Counted from the stretch's first letter, positions 9,532-17,872 are shown. The stretch is 50,586 bases of DNA from Minisyncoccota bacterium (GCA_041666065.1 JBAYHQ010000001.1:1-50586); one strand, 5' to 3'. Notes: generated by a model from the letters alone, not told the origin. Translations and numbers: made by a program.

Positions 9532-9885
9532 ATGGCATTCACTAAAAAAGCACGAACCTTCGGCCGACCGAGCAACCAGCGCAGAGCGCTTATGCGTTCA
9601 CTCGCGCGCTCGCTCGTCCTTGAGGAGCGCATTTCCACCACCGAAGCGAAGGCGAAGAGCCTGCGCCCGTTTGTGGAACGCTTGGTGACCTATGCCAAGA
9701 AAAACACTCTTGCAAGCCGCCGCCTCACTAAGGCGACGCTTGGCGACGACGAGGCGGTGAAGAAGCTCTTTGAGTCTATCGCTCCGCGCTACGCGGAACG
9801 CGCCGGCGGCTACACCCGCGTGGTGAAGCGTACCGTGCGCGGTGCCAACGATGCTCGCAAGCTTGCGTATATCGCTTTTGTGTAA
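9532..9885 (+). CDS. rplQ: 50S ribosomal protein L17
   Basis: RALMRSLARSLVLEERISTTEAKAKSLRPFVERL...GGYTRVVK is a typical L17 sequence. Confidence 0.95.
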   Translation: MAFTKKARTFGRPSNQRRALMRSLARSLVLEERISTTEAKAKSLRPFVERLVTYAKKNTLASRRLTKATLGDDEAVKKLFESIAPRYAERAGGYTRVVKRTVRGANDARKLAYIAFV

Positions 9886-9902
9886 TTAAATAAGCATTCA
9901 CT

Positions 9903-10274
9903 ATGACCAGTAACACTAAGCCAGCCCCAACGACCTACACGATTGACGCAACCGATCGTACGCTCGGCCGCGTCTGCAGCGAAGCTGCGCACGCACTCCT
10001 CGGCAAGCGTTCGGTGCACTTCGCCAAGAATCAGGCGCTGCCGGTGACGGTCACTATAGAGAACGCCAGCAAGCTCCACTTGCCGAGCCGCCGCACGCAG
10101 GGCAAGGTCTACACACACTACACCGGCTACCCAGCGGGTCTGCGCGAAGTGCGCATGGACGTGATGATAGAGAAGAAGGGCATCGCAGACGTGATCAAGA
10201 AGACGGTGGACGGTATGATCCCTCGCAACCGCCTGCGCGCACCCCGCATGAAGAACCTCATCGTAAACATATAA
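9903..10274 (+). CDS. rplM: 50S ribosomal protein L13
   Basis: IDATDRTLGRVCSEAAHALLGK...YTHYTGYPAGLRE...MIPRN is a typical L13 sequence. Confidence 0.9.
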   Translation: MTSNTKPAPTTYTIDATDRTLGRVCSEAAHALLGKRSVHFAKNQALPVTVTIENASKLHLPSRRTQGKVYTHYTGYPAGLREVRMDVMIEKKGIADVIKKTVDGMIPRNRLRAPRMKNLIVNI

Positions 10275-10276
10275 TT

Positions 10277-10675
10277 ATGGCCACTTCCACCTTTACCAAC
10301 GCCGTCGGACGCCGCAAGACCGCTATCGCGACGGTACGCATCACCCCTGCAGCGAAGTCTAGCCTCGTGGTCAACGGCAAGACTGCCAAGGAGTATTTCA
10401 AGACTGACCTCCGCACCAAGGTCGCCGAGGAGGCGCTCACGATAGCCGACAGCGCCGAGCACTACGCAGTCACTGCGCACGTGGAGGGTGGCGGCATCGC
10501 TGGCCAAGCTGATGCGCTCCGCCACGCTATCTCGCGCGCTATCACCAAGGTAGAGCCGAAGACACGCACTGTGCTTAAGGCGGCCGGCCTTATGAAGCGC
10601 GACCCGCGTGCCAAGGAGCGCAAGAAGCCGGGGCTTGTCAAAGCCCGCAAGGCAAAGCAGTGGAGCAAGCGCTAA
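10277..10675 (+). CDS. rpsI: 30S ribosomal protein S9
   Basis: GRRKTAIATVRI...GGGIAGQADALRHAISRAI...RDPRAKERKKPGLVKARKAKQWSKR is a typical S9 sequence. Confidence 0.95.
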   Translation: MATSTFTNAVGRRKTAIATVRITPAAKSSLVVNGKTAKEYFKTDLRTKVAEEALTIADSAEHYAVTAHVEGGGIAGQADALRHAISRAITKVEPKTRTVLKAAGLMKRDPRAKERKKPGLVKARKAKQWSKR

Positions 10676-10684
10676 AGAAACAAG

Positions 10685-10717
10685 AAAACCGCTCGATAAT
10701 CGAGCGGTTTTCTTTTT
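10685..10717 (+). terminator. intrinsic terminator after rpsI
   Basis: A 12-bp perfect stem, AAAACCGCTCGA/TCGAGCGGTTTT, with loop TAA is followed by a T-run. Confidence 0.8.
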
Positions 10718-10830
10718 GTATCCTCGGACTAGCTTTTCGAAGCAAGCATGCTCCGTCACTCGTCCGCGAGTGTCTGGGGGCCAAGCAGTGATCGAAGCGT
10801 CAGCTATCTAATTCTTCCTGATTATAATAA

Positions 10831-10860
10831 TTAGCACCTTCTGTTCTAGGGGTGTATAGT
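10831..10860 (+). promoter_or_regulatory. candidate promoter, possibly giving a leaderless mRNA
   Basis: TTAGCA (10831-10836), an 18-nt spacer and TATAGT (10855-10860) are present. The ATG at 10868 lies 7 nt after the -10 element, and no SD is present. Confidence 0.3.
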
Positions 10861-10867
10861 TTTGGGT

Positions 10868-11803
10868 ATGTTTTTGGAAACAGAACTAGAACCTCTGAAG
10901 AAAATAGCCAACTCAGAGAGTGCGGCTGTTGTAACCTTTATAGCTCCCGATCGATCAATTCGAGTTACCCCTTCTAGCTACAGCTCCACTTCAATATCAA
11001 CAAACGATGTTTACCGTCTAGAAGAGGCACTTGGAGACAGCGCCGTTCCCGATAAGGCCCTACTTCTACTGCACTCACCGGGTGGAAATTTCTCCTCATC
11101 CTACAACATCGCTCGTTTTCTAAGAAAGAGATTCAAGACCTTACATGTGTTTGTTCCTTATGAAGCCGCGAGCGGAGCTACAATTATGTCTTTGGCAGCA
11201 AATGCTATTACCTTGGGCGATCTGGGCTATCTAACTCCTATTGATCCACAGGTGAGATATAAAGGTGAGTGGGTCTCCAGTTATGGCGTTATAGAGAAAG
11301 TTGCAGACATGGAACGTAAATTTAAAAAACTTGTTCCTGATGAGGTTCCGGTGCCATGGCATCAGATGATAGATCGTCTTGATCTTATTCATTATCGGGA
11401 AATGGAGACTCTGAATTATGAAGCACGAAGTTATGCTGAAGACCTTTTAAAATCCGCGGGCTATTCTCCAGAACAGGCCACAGACATTGCATGGAAGTTA
11501 GCTCGCAATATTTATTCTCACGGGCATTGTTTTGATGCCGATGCCTGTACAAAAATGGGTTTAAAACTCGATGCCTCTGCTAAATCACTTGGATATCTTT
11601 CTGAAATGAAAAAGCTAATCCATTTTGCGAATAAGAAAAATACCGAGATACCGTCACACTATATCGATGTAGTCCTTCCGAAAGTCGGCGTAGTAGTTCT
11701 TACGGAGTCAGTAGATGATTCTCTTGAAAGCAAGGCCGAACTTACATCCAAGGTTGTCAGAACTAAGAAATTGAAAAAATCTAAGGGAGTAAGGCGTCGT
11801 TAG
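10868..11803 (+). CDS. Clp-fold serine proteinase of the SDH (serine dehydrogenase proteinase) family
   Basis: LLLHSPGGNFSSSYNIARFLRKRFKTLHVFVPYEAASGATIMSLAANAITLGDLGYLTPIDPQ matches the HTPGG...AxSGGT...PxDPQ pattern of this ClpP/SppA-related family. The gene lies in an AT-rich region. An alternative TTG start is at 10862. Confidence 0.7.
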   Translation: MFLETELEPLKKIANSESAAVVTFIAPDRSIRVTPSSYSSTSISTNDVYRLEEALGDSAVPDKALLLLHSPGGNFSSSYNIARFLRKRFKTLHVFVPYEAASGATIMSLAANAITLGDLGYLTPIDPQVRYKGEWVSSYGVIEKVADMERKFKKLVPDEVPVPWHQMIDRLDLIHYREMETLNYEARSYAEDLLKSAGYSPEQATDIAWKLARNIYSHGHCFDADACTKMGLKLDASAKSLGYLSEMKKLIHFANKKNTEIPSHYIDVVLPKVGVVVLTESVDDSLESKAELTSKVVRTKKLKKSKGVRRR

Positions 11804-11896
11804 TGTTTTTAAGCCCCTGCAAGAGTAATCCTTGATAAAGGACTACATTATACACTTTCGGAGTACCATTCACGACTATTGTGATAGACTAAGAAC

Positions 11897-12043
11897 ATGG
11901 CAATAAGGACCATGAAAAAGGACAGCGACCTAAATGCTCTTTTGGCTCGTTCAGCTGAGAGTGGTAAATTCTTTGAGAAAGAAGGTTTTACTGATTTGAG
12001 TGATGTAATTAAATACGCCATAAAGAGGAGTGAGGCTAATTAA
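11897..12043 (+). CDS. small hypothetical protein (48 aa), possible antitoxin-like partner
   Basis: Hand-translated as MAIRTMKKDSDLNALLARSAESGKFFEKEGFTDLSDVIKYAIKRSEAN. It ends 5 nt before the next ORF, has no clear SD, and is below the ORF-track size cutoff. Confidence 0.3.
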   Translation: MAIRTMKKDSDLNALLARSAESGKFFEKEGFTDLSDVIKYAIKRSEAN

Positions 12044-12048
12044 GAAAT

Positions 12049-12561
12049 ATGATGATTTGGGCGAATATTTTGCGCAGATTAGATGCGGTGAAATGTCTAA
12101 CGAACCATGTTAGAAGCATCAGAGGTCTAAGTACAAAGGAGAAATCTTCATACTACCGCTCCATCTTAATAATTTTATACAGCATCGTTGAAGGTTTAGT
12201 ATATGAAGTCGTAAAGAAAAATACGACTCCCCCTGATCATGTTTTTGAAAAAATATCTGAGTACACGGATCTTCACAGAATCAACTCATCCGTCCTTGCC
12301 ACTACTTGGGATGTTCTTTTATGTCACAAAAAAAAGATCGATAGAAAAATAAATGATGATGGAGCAACATTCGGACGTTACAATCTTTTTTTACAGCATC
12401 AAGGAGTTATAAATTCAAGGCAATATAAGACATTGGATTGGATTAGAGAAGAAAGAAATAAACTCCATATTCAAGGACTTGCGACTCCCGATATTAATTA
12501 TACTGACGCAAAAGTGAAAAGAACATCTAGGGCAATTAGGTTTCTAGTAAGGAAAGTATAG
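12049..12561 (+). CDS. hypothetical protein (170 aa), weak HEPN-like R-x6-H motif
   Basis: The gene is very AT-rich (hand count: 27% GC for 12301-12360). The product is helical, and the motif IREERNKLHIQG is reminiscent of HEPN Rx4-6H. I cannot assign a family. Confidence 0.5.
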   Translation: MMIWANILRRLDAVKCLTNHVRSIRGLSTKEKSSYYRSILIILYSIVEGLVYEVVKKNTTPPDHVFEKISEYTDLHRINSSVLATTWDVLLCHKKKIDRKINDDGATFGRYNLFLQHQGVINSRQYKTLDWIREERNKLHIQGLATPDINYTDAKVKRTSRAIRFLVRKV

Positions 12562-12632
12562 CCACTGGGCTTTACAAGATTGAATCTCGCTCTAACATTG
12601 CACTTCCTACCCAGAGGCGTACCATTCGGCAT

Positions 12633-12866
12633 ATGAAAAAACTTATTGCTGGTGTTGCTCTCGTGTTCTTCCTGTTTGTTTCTGCCGGTTCAGTTGAAGC
12701 GAAGACCGTAAACGTCCGTGGCTACTACAAACCCTCCACTGGTGCATACGTACAGCCCTCGCACCGCACCTCTCCGAACAACACGCGCATGGACAACTAC
12801 TCCACGAGAGGGAACTACAACCCCTACACCGGCAAGGCTGGTCGTGCGAATCCCTACAGATACTAA
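12633..12866 (+). CDS. small secreted Tyr/Asn/Pro-rich protein
   Basis: A classical signal peptide, MKKLIAGVALVFFLFVSAGSVEA, precedes a 54-aa mature part with repeated NPY/GxY motifs (NYNPYTG, ANPYRY). Confidence 0.55.
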   Translation: MKKLIAGVALVFFLFVSAGSVEAKTVNVRGYYKPSTGAYVQPSHRTSPNNTRMDNYSTRGNYNPYTGKAGRANPYRY

Positions 12867-12885
12867 CTGCAGCATTGAGCCCCGC

Positions 12886-12912
12886 TCACTTGGAAGCTTC
12901 GCTTCCAAGTGA
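12886..12912. repeat. hairpin repeat copy 1 (TCACTTGGAAGC-TTC-GCTTCCAAGTGA)
   Basis: A perfect 12-bp inverted repeat lies in the convergent intergenic region, so it is probably also a terminator. Confidence 0.75.
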
Positions 12913-12919
12913 GTCCCAG

Positions 12920-12961
12920 AATATCCTTATGACTGGACGACCGTCCAAAGATAAGGATATT
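12920..12961. repeat. composite hairpin (AATATCCTTAT...ATAAGGATATT with inner TGGACG/CGTCCA)
   Basis: 11-bp outer arms (12920-12930 and 12951-12961) enclose a 6-bp inner pairing. The element sits between hairpin copies 1 and 2. Confidence 0.6.
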
Positions 12962-12988
12962 TCACTTGGAGGCCGAACCTCCAAGTAA
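12962..12988. repeat. hairpin repeat copy 2 (TCACTTGGAGG-CCGAA-CCTCCAAGTAA)
   Basis: It has the same ACTTGG...CCAAGT outer arms as copy 1, with compensatory changes in the inner stem. Confidence 0.65.
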
Positions 12989-13012
12989 CTGAGTGGATGG
13001 GGATAGTCGGCG

Positions 13013-13597
13013 TTATTCTTTGACCTCTTCAACCTCTGGTGGTCGCACCATTCTCATTTCTCTAAATATCGCTCCACTTGGGAAAGTGAGGCCCGATGCC
13101 ACTTCTTCATCTGTAGGCTTGAAGCCGAGGCGCTCATAGAAAGCGATGGCCGGAGCATTATCCCTGTTGACCGTCAGCACCGTGGACAGTGCTGGGTTGA
13201 AGATGGAGCGTGCTTGATTCCACAGATCTGTTCCCACGTGCCGCCCCTGATACGAGGGTAGTACATAGAGCGCCCCAAGCTCGTTTTGTATCGGAGACGT
13301 CATCGCCCATGCATATCCGATGATTTCCCCGTGCTCTTTTGCTACGAATGCCGCTTCGCCGGATTTTTGTTCCTGCAGTTCTGCGGCCGTCCTCTTGAGC
13401 GATTCTGCAGAGAAAGCTTTCTTGAACGAATCAAAATACCACCCGATATCGTTCGGCGTTATGCCGGAACGTTCGTTTACGTATGTATTGAGCCAAGTCT
13501 CACGCTGAACTTCTCGGAGACCCATGGCGTCAGCACCCGTAGCGCGTTCAATACGAATACGAGGAACATGTTCTTCTGCAGGAGTTCCTTCTTTCAT
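13013..13597 (-). CDS. GNAT family N-acetyltransferase
   Basis: LGALYVLPSYQGRHVGTDLWNQA is the acetyl-CoA motif A (Q/RxxGxG/A), and NAPAIAFYERLGFKP is motif B. Confidence 0.85.
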   Translation of the reverse strand: MKEGTPAEEHVPRIRIERATGADAMGLREVQRETWLNTYVNERSGITPNDIGWYFDSFKKAFSAESLKRTAAELQEQKSGEAAFVAKEHGEIIGYAWAMTSPIQNELGALYVLPSYQGRHVGTDLWNQARSIFNPALSTVLTVNRDNAPAIAFYERLGFKPTDEEVASGLTFPSGAIFREMRMVRPPEVEEVKE

Positions 13598-13616
13598 AAA
13601 TCCATTTTACCGCACT

Positions 13617-13642
13617 TACTTGGGAGTTTCGCTTCCAAGTGA
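13617..13642. repeat. hairpin repeat copy 3 (TACTTGGGAG-TTTC-GCTTCCAAGTGA)
   Basis: This third member of the ACTTGG/CCAAGT hairpin family lies just upstream of the GNAT start on the - strand. The stem includes G-U pairs. Confidence 0.6.
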
Positions 13643-13722
13643 GTGGGCTGGACATTTTATGAAATAAGGGTATTATTGCGAGCAGGTTGGTCTTCTTAAA
13701 CTAGACACGAGGAGCAAGTGCG

Positions 13723-14067
13723 ATGGACGCTACACCGGAATCATGGAGTTTCTGTTACAAACATTATAGGACCCACCACAGGTTCTCCGACGGTTCAATC
13801 GCCTGCATCCTCTGCATTGAAGAAACGGTGAGGAAGCGTGAGCCTGAGGCTCTGGCGATGTGGAGAAGCATTTTGGAAGTTCTGCCGCCTCTGGAAATGG
13901 AGGTGCTGCATGCCCACATTGAGATGGGCTCAGTCGTTACCAGCGACAGCGACGAGGCTATCATGCTCAGATTCCTCGCCGCTAAGGCGTTACGGACTAA
14001 GAGCACCGTGGACGAGGTCCTCGCAGAAGCGATAAGGACCCGCTCGGTACGGTGCATACTTCTCTGA
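13723..14067 (+). CDS. hypothetical protein with Cys/His cluster
   Basis: An SD (GAGGAG) lies upstream. The N-terminal CYKHYRTHHRFSDGSIACILC suggests a small zinc-binding module; otherwise the product is helical. Confidence 0.5.
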   Translation: MDATPESWSFCYKHYRTHHRFSDGSIACILCIEETVRKREPEALAMWRSILEVLPPLEMEVLHAHIEMGSVVTSDSDEAIMLRFLAAKALRTKSTVDEVLAEAIRTRSVRCILL

Positions 14068-14111
14068 TTTCAATTTTCTTTTAACCTGTTGTTAACAAGG
14101 AGGAATATCAG

Positions 14112-14363
14112 ATGCAAACCGCAATCGTAGTCTTGGAAGTGCTGTCGGCGACCCTTCTGGTCCTCTCTGTGGTCATGGCGACGGTGATCCTCGTGGCCAA
14201 GCAGTATCAGGGTCTGCCGCACTTCCGCGGTGACAGCGAATGGCAGGGCTGGAAAATCGCCTTCGCCAACTGGCTCGCGGAGCATAGGGCACGGAGGTAT
14301 CTGGAAGGAGTCTTGGCAGCTCTAGCCGCCACAATAGTCGCCCTTTCCTTCCTGACGCACTAG
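14112..14363 (+). CDS. small membrane protein (2 TM)
   Basis: A strong SD (AAGGAGGAATATCAGATG) is present. Two hydrophobic helices flank a basic loop. Confidence 0.6.
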   Translation: MQTAIVVLEVLSATLLVLSVVMATVILVAKQYQGLPHFRGDSEWQGWKIAFANWLAEHRARRYLEGVLAALAATIVALSFLTH

Positions 14364-14474
14364 CATTATCAAGAGCTCGCACAGTGACAGTGTGCGAGCT
14401 TTTTGACATTCATCCCTTTAGCAGTAAGGTACGGGAAGGACGGGACTGTTCCCGATAAGTAGTGGAGGTGCTCC

Positions 14475-14846
14475 ATGTCAGACGACTTCAGAGAACCCGA
14501 TGTATTCAGAAGCAGAGACTGCGGACCCGCGATCCTGTCGCTTGAGACGAGCTTGAAGGACCTTATCGTCGCTCGGAAGCAGCTCTTGCGGAGACACACC
14601 ATCCCAGAGGACCTGCTGAACCGAGGCTTTGGGAAGCGGGCCGCGGAGGTCATTGAGGAGCTGATCCAACTCCTCAACCCCGAACGCTCCGAGAACATCC
14701 GCAAGATGAACGCACAGATGATCTGGGAGGTCTACTGGAGATTGCAGGAAGGGCGAGCAGAAACGCGCTACCCAATCTTCGCGGTGCTCGCCGAGCTCAA
14801 CAGCGACCCGCTGTTCATCTCTGACTTCGCGTATACCAGTTATTGA
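14475..14846 (+). CDS. hypothetical protein
   Basis: An SD (GGAGGTG) lies 5 nt upstream of the ATG. The product is helical and I recognise no family. Confidence 0.5.
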   Translation: MSDDFREPDVFRSRDCGPAILSLETSLKDLIVARKQLLRRHTIPEDLLNRGFGKRAAEVIEELIQLLNPERSENIRKMNAQMIWEVYWRLQEGRAETRYPIFAVLAELNSDPLFISDFAYTSY

Positions 14847-14875
14847 AAGACGCTTTGACCGGCGTCTTCTTTTTG
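14847..14875 (+). terminator. intrinsic terminator closing the accessory island
   Basis: Stem AAGACGC/GCGTCTT with an 8-nt loop is followed by CTTTTT. Confidence 0.7.
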
Positions 14876-14907
14876 ACTCCTCTCACCATTTCGGGCATAG
14901 TGGAGGG

Positions 14908-15456
14908 ATGAAAGAATGGCATGGAGACGATATTGCGCCGGAGGATGTGGTGATTGAGCCAGAGGTGGGCGAAGAGGCTGGCGAGGTGCGGCCTGAAGAT
15001 AAAATCGCGAAGGTCCGCGAAGAGCTCTCTGCCTGCCGCAAAGACAAGCAGGAATACATGGACGGCTGGCAGAGAGCGAAGGCCGACTACGTGAACCTCT
15101 TGAAGCGGTTTGAAACCGAGACCAAGTCGGCGGAGTTGAAAGGCAGGGTGGGCGCTGTGGAGACACTGCTCCCAGCCTTTGACGCGCTTGAGCGCTCTAA
15201 GGAGCATGGAGATTTGCCGGAGGGCTTCACCGCTATCGCCCGCCAGCTAGAGAGCGCCTTCGCTGCGCTCGGCCTCGCAGAGACGGGCAAGGTCGGGGAG
15301 AGGTTTGACCCCGCGTATCACGAAGCCCTAGGGCAAGACGCGGTTGAGTCAGCAGGGGAAGATGATATAATCACAGCAATCCTTGAAAAGGGGTGGCGGG
15401 TGGGCGACACCGTGATACGGCCGGCGAAGGTGCGCGTGGGACACTGGGGCGCATAA
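14908..15456 (+). CDS. grpE: nucleotide exchange factor GrpE
   Basis: A coiled-coil N-terminal part (QRAKADYVNLLKRFE) and C-terminal FDPAYHEALG...GDTVIRPAKVRV are present, and the gene sits immediately upstream of dnaK. Confidence 0.9.
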   Translation: MKEWHGDDIAPEDVVIEPEVGEEAGEVRPEDKIAKVREELSACRKDKQEYMDGWQRAKADYVNLLKRFETETKSAELKGRVGAVETLLPAFDALERSKEHGDLPEGFTAIARQLESAFAALGLAETGKVGERFDPAYHEALGQDAVESAGEDDIITAILEKGWRVGDTVIRPAKVRVGHWGA

Positions 15457-15486
15457 TTGCATTTATACAAGGGCTTTTTGTAGAAT
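15457..15486 (+). promoter_or_regulatory. candidate promoter in front of dnaK
   Basis: TTGCAT (15457-15462), an 18-nt spacer and TAGAAT (15481-15486) are present. Confidence 0.35.
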
Positions 15487-15513
15487 CGTTATACGCGTAA
15501 TAATAATTTCATT

Positions 15514-17415
15514 ATGGCAAAAATTCTCGGTATAGATTTAGGGACAACGAACTCGGCGATGGCTATCGTGGAGGGCGGCGAGCCGCGCGTTCTGGAGAAC
15601 GCCGAGGGTGCACGCACCACACCTAGCATCGTGGCAGTGGGGAAGACCGGTGAGCGCATCGTGGGTACGCTCGCCAAGCGGCAGTCGGTGACCAACCCGC
15701 TCAACACGATCTTCCAGATCAAGCGCTTCATCGGCCACAGCTTTGACGAGCCGGCGGTACAGAAGGACAAGGCCTCTGTCCCGTTTGAGATGCGCAAGAC
15801 CGACAGCGGCAGTATAGAAGTGAAGATGAACGACAAGTGGTATCGCCCAGAAGAGGTTTCGGCGATGATACTCGGCAAGCTCAAGGCCGACGCAGAAACG
15901 AAGCTTGGCGAGAAGATCACCCAAGCGGTTATCACAGTCCCCGCATACTTCAACGACGACCAGCGCAGCGCGACGAAGGCCGCAGGGCAGATCGCCGGTC
16001 TAGAGGTGCTCCGCATCATCAACGAGCCGACGGCCGCGGCACTCGCCTACGGATTTAATAAGAAGAAGGACGAGAAGATAGCGGTCTTTGACTTCGGCGG
16101 CGGCACGTTTGATATCTCCGTACTTGAGGTGGGCGGCGACGTGATAGAGGTCAAGAGTACCGACGGCGACGCGCACTTGGGCGGCAAGGATATAGACCAG
16201 AAGATCATCAACTGGCTCGCCGATGAGTTTAAGAAAGAGAGCGGCATAGACGTGCGCACCGACGCGCTCGCACGCCAGCGCCTAGACGAAGCGGCGGAGA
16301 AAGCGAAGATAGAGCTTTCAAGCGCGATGGAGACAGAAATCAATATCCCGTTCCTCACCTCAGACGCTTCTGGCCCGCGCCATCTGCTTATCAAGATGAC
16401 CCGCGCGAAGCTTGAGGAGCTCTCAAGCGAGTTCATAGAGCGCGCGATCGCTATCACCAAGCGCGCGATGGAAGCCTCGCCCTTTAAGATTGCCGACATC
16501 AACGAGGTGATCCTCGTGGGTGGGCAGACGCGTATGCCGGCGCTCCAAGCGGCGGTGGAGCAGTTCTTCGGCAAGAAGCCGAACATGAGCGTGAACCCAG
16601 ATGAGGTGGTGGCTATCGGTGCGGCTATACAGGCCGGCATATTGCAGGGCGACGTGAAGGATATCCTCCTCGTAGACGTGATCCCGCTCTCGCTCTCCAT
16701 AGAGACCATGGGTGGCGTCGCGACCAAGCTCGTGGAGCGCAATACTGCCATCCCGACCAGCCGTTCGCAGACCTTCTCCACGGCGTCTGACAATCAGGCA
16801 TCGGTAGAGATACATATCACGCAGGGAGAGCGCGCGATGAGCGCCGACAACAAGTCCTTGGGCAAGTTCATGCTGGACGGTATCCCGCCAGCACCGCGCG
16901 GCATGCCGCAAGTGGAAGTCACCTTTGACGTAGACGCAAACGGCATACTGACGGTGAAGGCTAAGGAGAAAACGACCGGCAAGGAGCAGAGCATCCGCAT
17001 TGAAGGTTCAACCGGCCTCTCTAAGGAGGACATAGAAAAGATGCAGAAAGATGCTGAGGCACACGCGGCCGACGACGAGAAGCGCAAGCTGCTCGTGGAG
17101 GCACGCAACATCGCCGACCAAGCGGTCTACGCCGCTGAGAAAGCTATCAAGGACAACGGCGAGAAGGCTGGTGCCGATGTGGTGAAGGAGGTGCAGGACA
17201 AGATAGATGCGCTCAAGGTCGCTCGCGAGAGCGAAGATGTAGACACTATCAAGTCGGCGACCGACGCACTCTCCACGACGCTCTCCAAGATAGGGGAGGC
17301 GATGATGAAGGCCGCGGAGCAGGCTAAAACCGCCGAGGGCGGTTCGCCCGACGCGTCAGGGTCTGATGACGCGTCTAAGGGTCCGACTGACGCCGAGTTT
17401 AAAGAGAAGGAATAG
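15514..17415 (+). CDS. dnaK: molecular chaperone DnaK (Hsp70)
   Basis: GIDLGTTNS, DLGGGTFD and VILVGGQTRMP are Hsp70 signatures, in a full-length 633-aa product. Confidence 0.97.
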   Translation: MAKILGIDLGTTNSAMAIVEGGEPRVLENAEGARTTPSIVAVGKTGERIVGTLAKRQSVTNPLNTIFQIKRFIGHSFDEPAVQKDKASVPFEMRKTDSGSIEVKMNDKWYRPEEVSAMILGKLKADAETKLGEKITQAVITVPAYFNDDQRSATKAAGQIAGLEVLRIINEPTAAALAYGFNKKKDEKIAVFDFGGGTFDISVLEVGGDVIEVKSTDGDAHLGGKDIDQKIINWLADEFKKESGIDVRTDALARQRLDEAAEKAKIELSSAMETEINIPFLTSDASGPRHLLIKMTRAKLEELSSEFIERAIAITKRAMEASPFKIADINEVILVGGQTRMPALQAAVEQFFGKKPNMSVNPDEVVAIGAAIQAGILQGDVKDILLVDVIPLSLSIETMGGVATKLVERNTAIPTSRSQTFSTASDNQASVEIHITQGERAMSADNKSLGKFMLDGIPPAPRGMPQVEVTFDVDANGILTVKAKEKTTGKEQSIRIEGSTGLSKEDIEKMQKDAEAHAADDEKRKLLVEARNIADQAVYAAEKAIKDNGEKAGADVVKEVQDKIDALKVARESEDVDTIKSATDALSTTLSKIGEAMMKAAEQAKTAEGGSPDASGSDDASKGPTDAEFKEKE

Positions 17416-17436
17416 GCTTAGAGCTAAGTAACGCAC

Positions 17437-17467
17437 AGCCCCGTGACGCTTTCAGCGTCACGGGGCT
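17437..17467. terminator. perfect 13-bp hairpin after dnaK (no U-tract)
   Basis: AGCCCCGTGACGC-TTTCA-GCGTCACGGGGCT. It could be a terminator or an RNA-stability element. Confidence 0.5.
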
Positions 17468-17523
17468 TGACGTATTGTGGCATACATAGTATCGTACTCC
17501 TGTTCAACCACAGGAGAAGTATC

Positions 17524-17847
17524 ATGTTCGCTGAAACGCCTCGTTACGAGGACTATATTGACGAAGTTCGCCAGCGCACTGGAGAAGAACGCCGCAAGGT
17601 TCTCACAGTGGCTCGCACCGTTGACGCATCGCGGTCGTGGGGAAACCCCGACCATGGGAAAGTCGTGCCGATCGGACTAAGGTCCGGACTCGCGCACGAC
17701 ATCCGGCATGCGGACTCGCTCTGCGAGTTGGGTGCTTTGTACAAGCAACTCAAAATCACAGCAGCAGTTCCCGATGCGGTGTTGGTGCGCATCATCAAGA
17801 AGATGTTCTGGTTCGCCTGTATGGCGCAACTCGCCAAGGCAGCCTGA
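17524..17847 (+). CDS. hypothetical protein inserted between dnaK and dnaJ
   Basis: The ATG at 17524 is preceded by AGGAGA. The 107-aa product starts MFAETPRYEDYIDEVRQRTGEERRK, and I recognise no family. Confidence 0.5.
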   Translation: MFAETPRYEDYIDEVRQRTGEERRKVLTVARTVDASRSWGNPDHGKVVPIGLRSGLAHDIRHADSLCELGALYKQLKITAAVPDAVLVRIIKKMFWFACMAQLAKAA

Positions 17848-17872
17848 CACCGACCGGCCAGACGGCCAAACC

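Noticed and set aside
10831-10858. TTAGCACCT-N9-GGGGTGTAT resembling a CIRCE inverted repeat.
   Set aside because: Only the left half matches. The right half matches about 5 of 9 positions, and the site precedes a protease gene in a foreign island. It is better explained as a -35/-10 promoter pair.
14847-15513. A CIRCE/HrcA operator (TTAGCACTC-N9-GAGTGCTAA) upstream of grpE or dnaK.
   Set aside because: I read both intergenic regions on both strands and found no match. Only a terminator and a possible -35/-10 pair are present.
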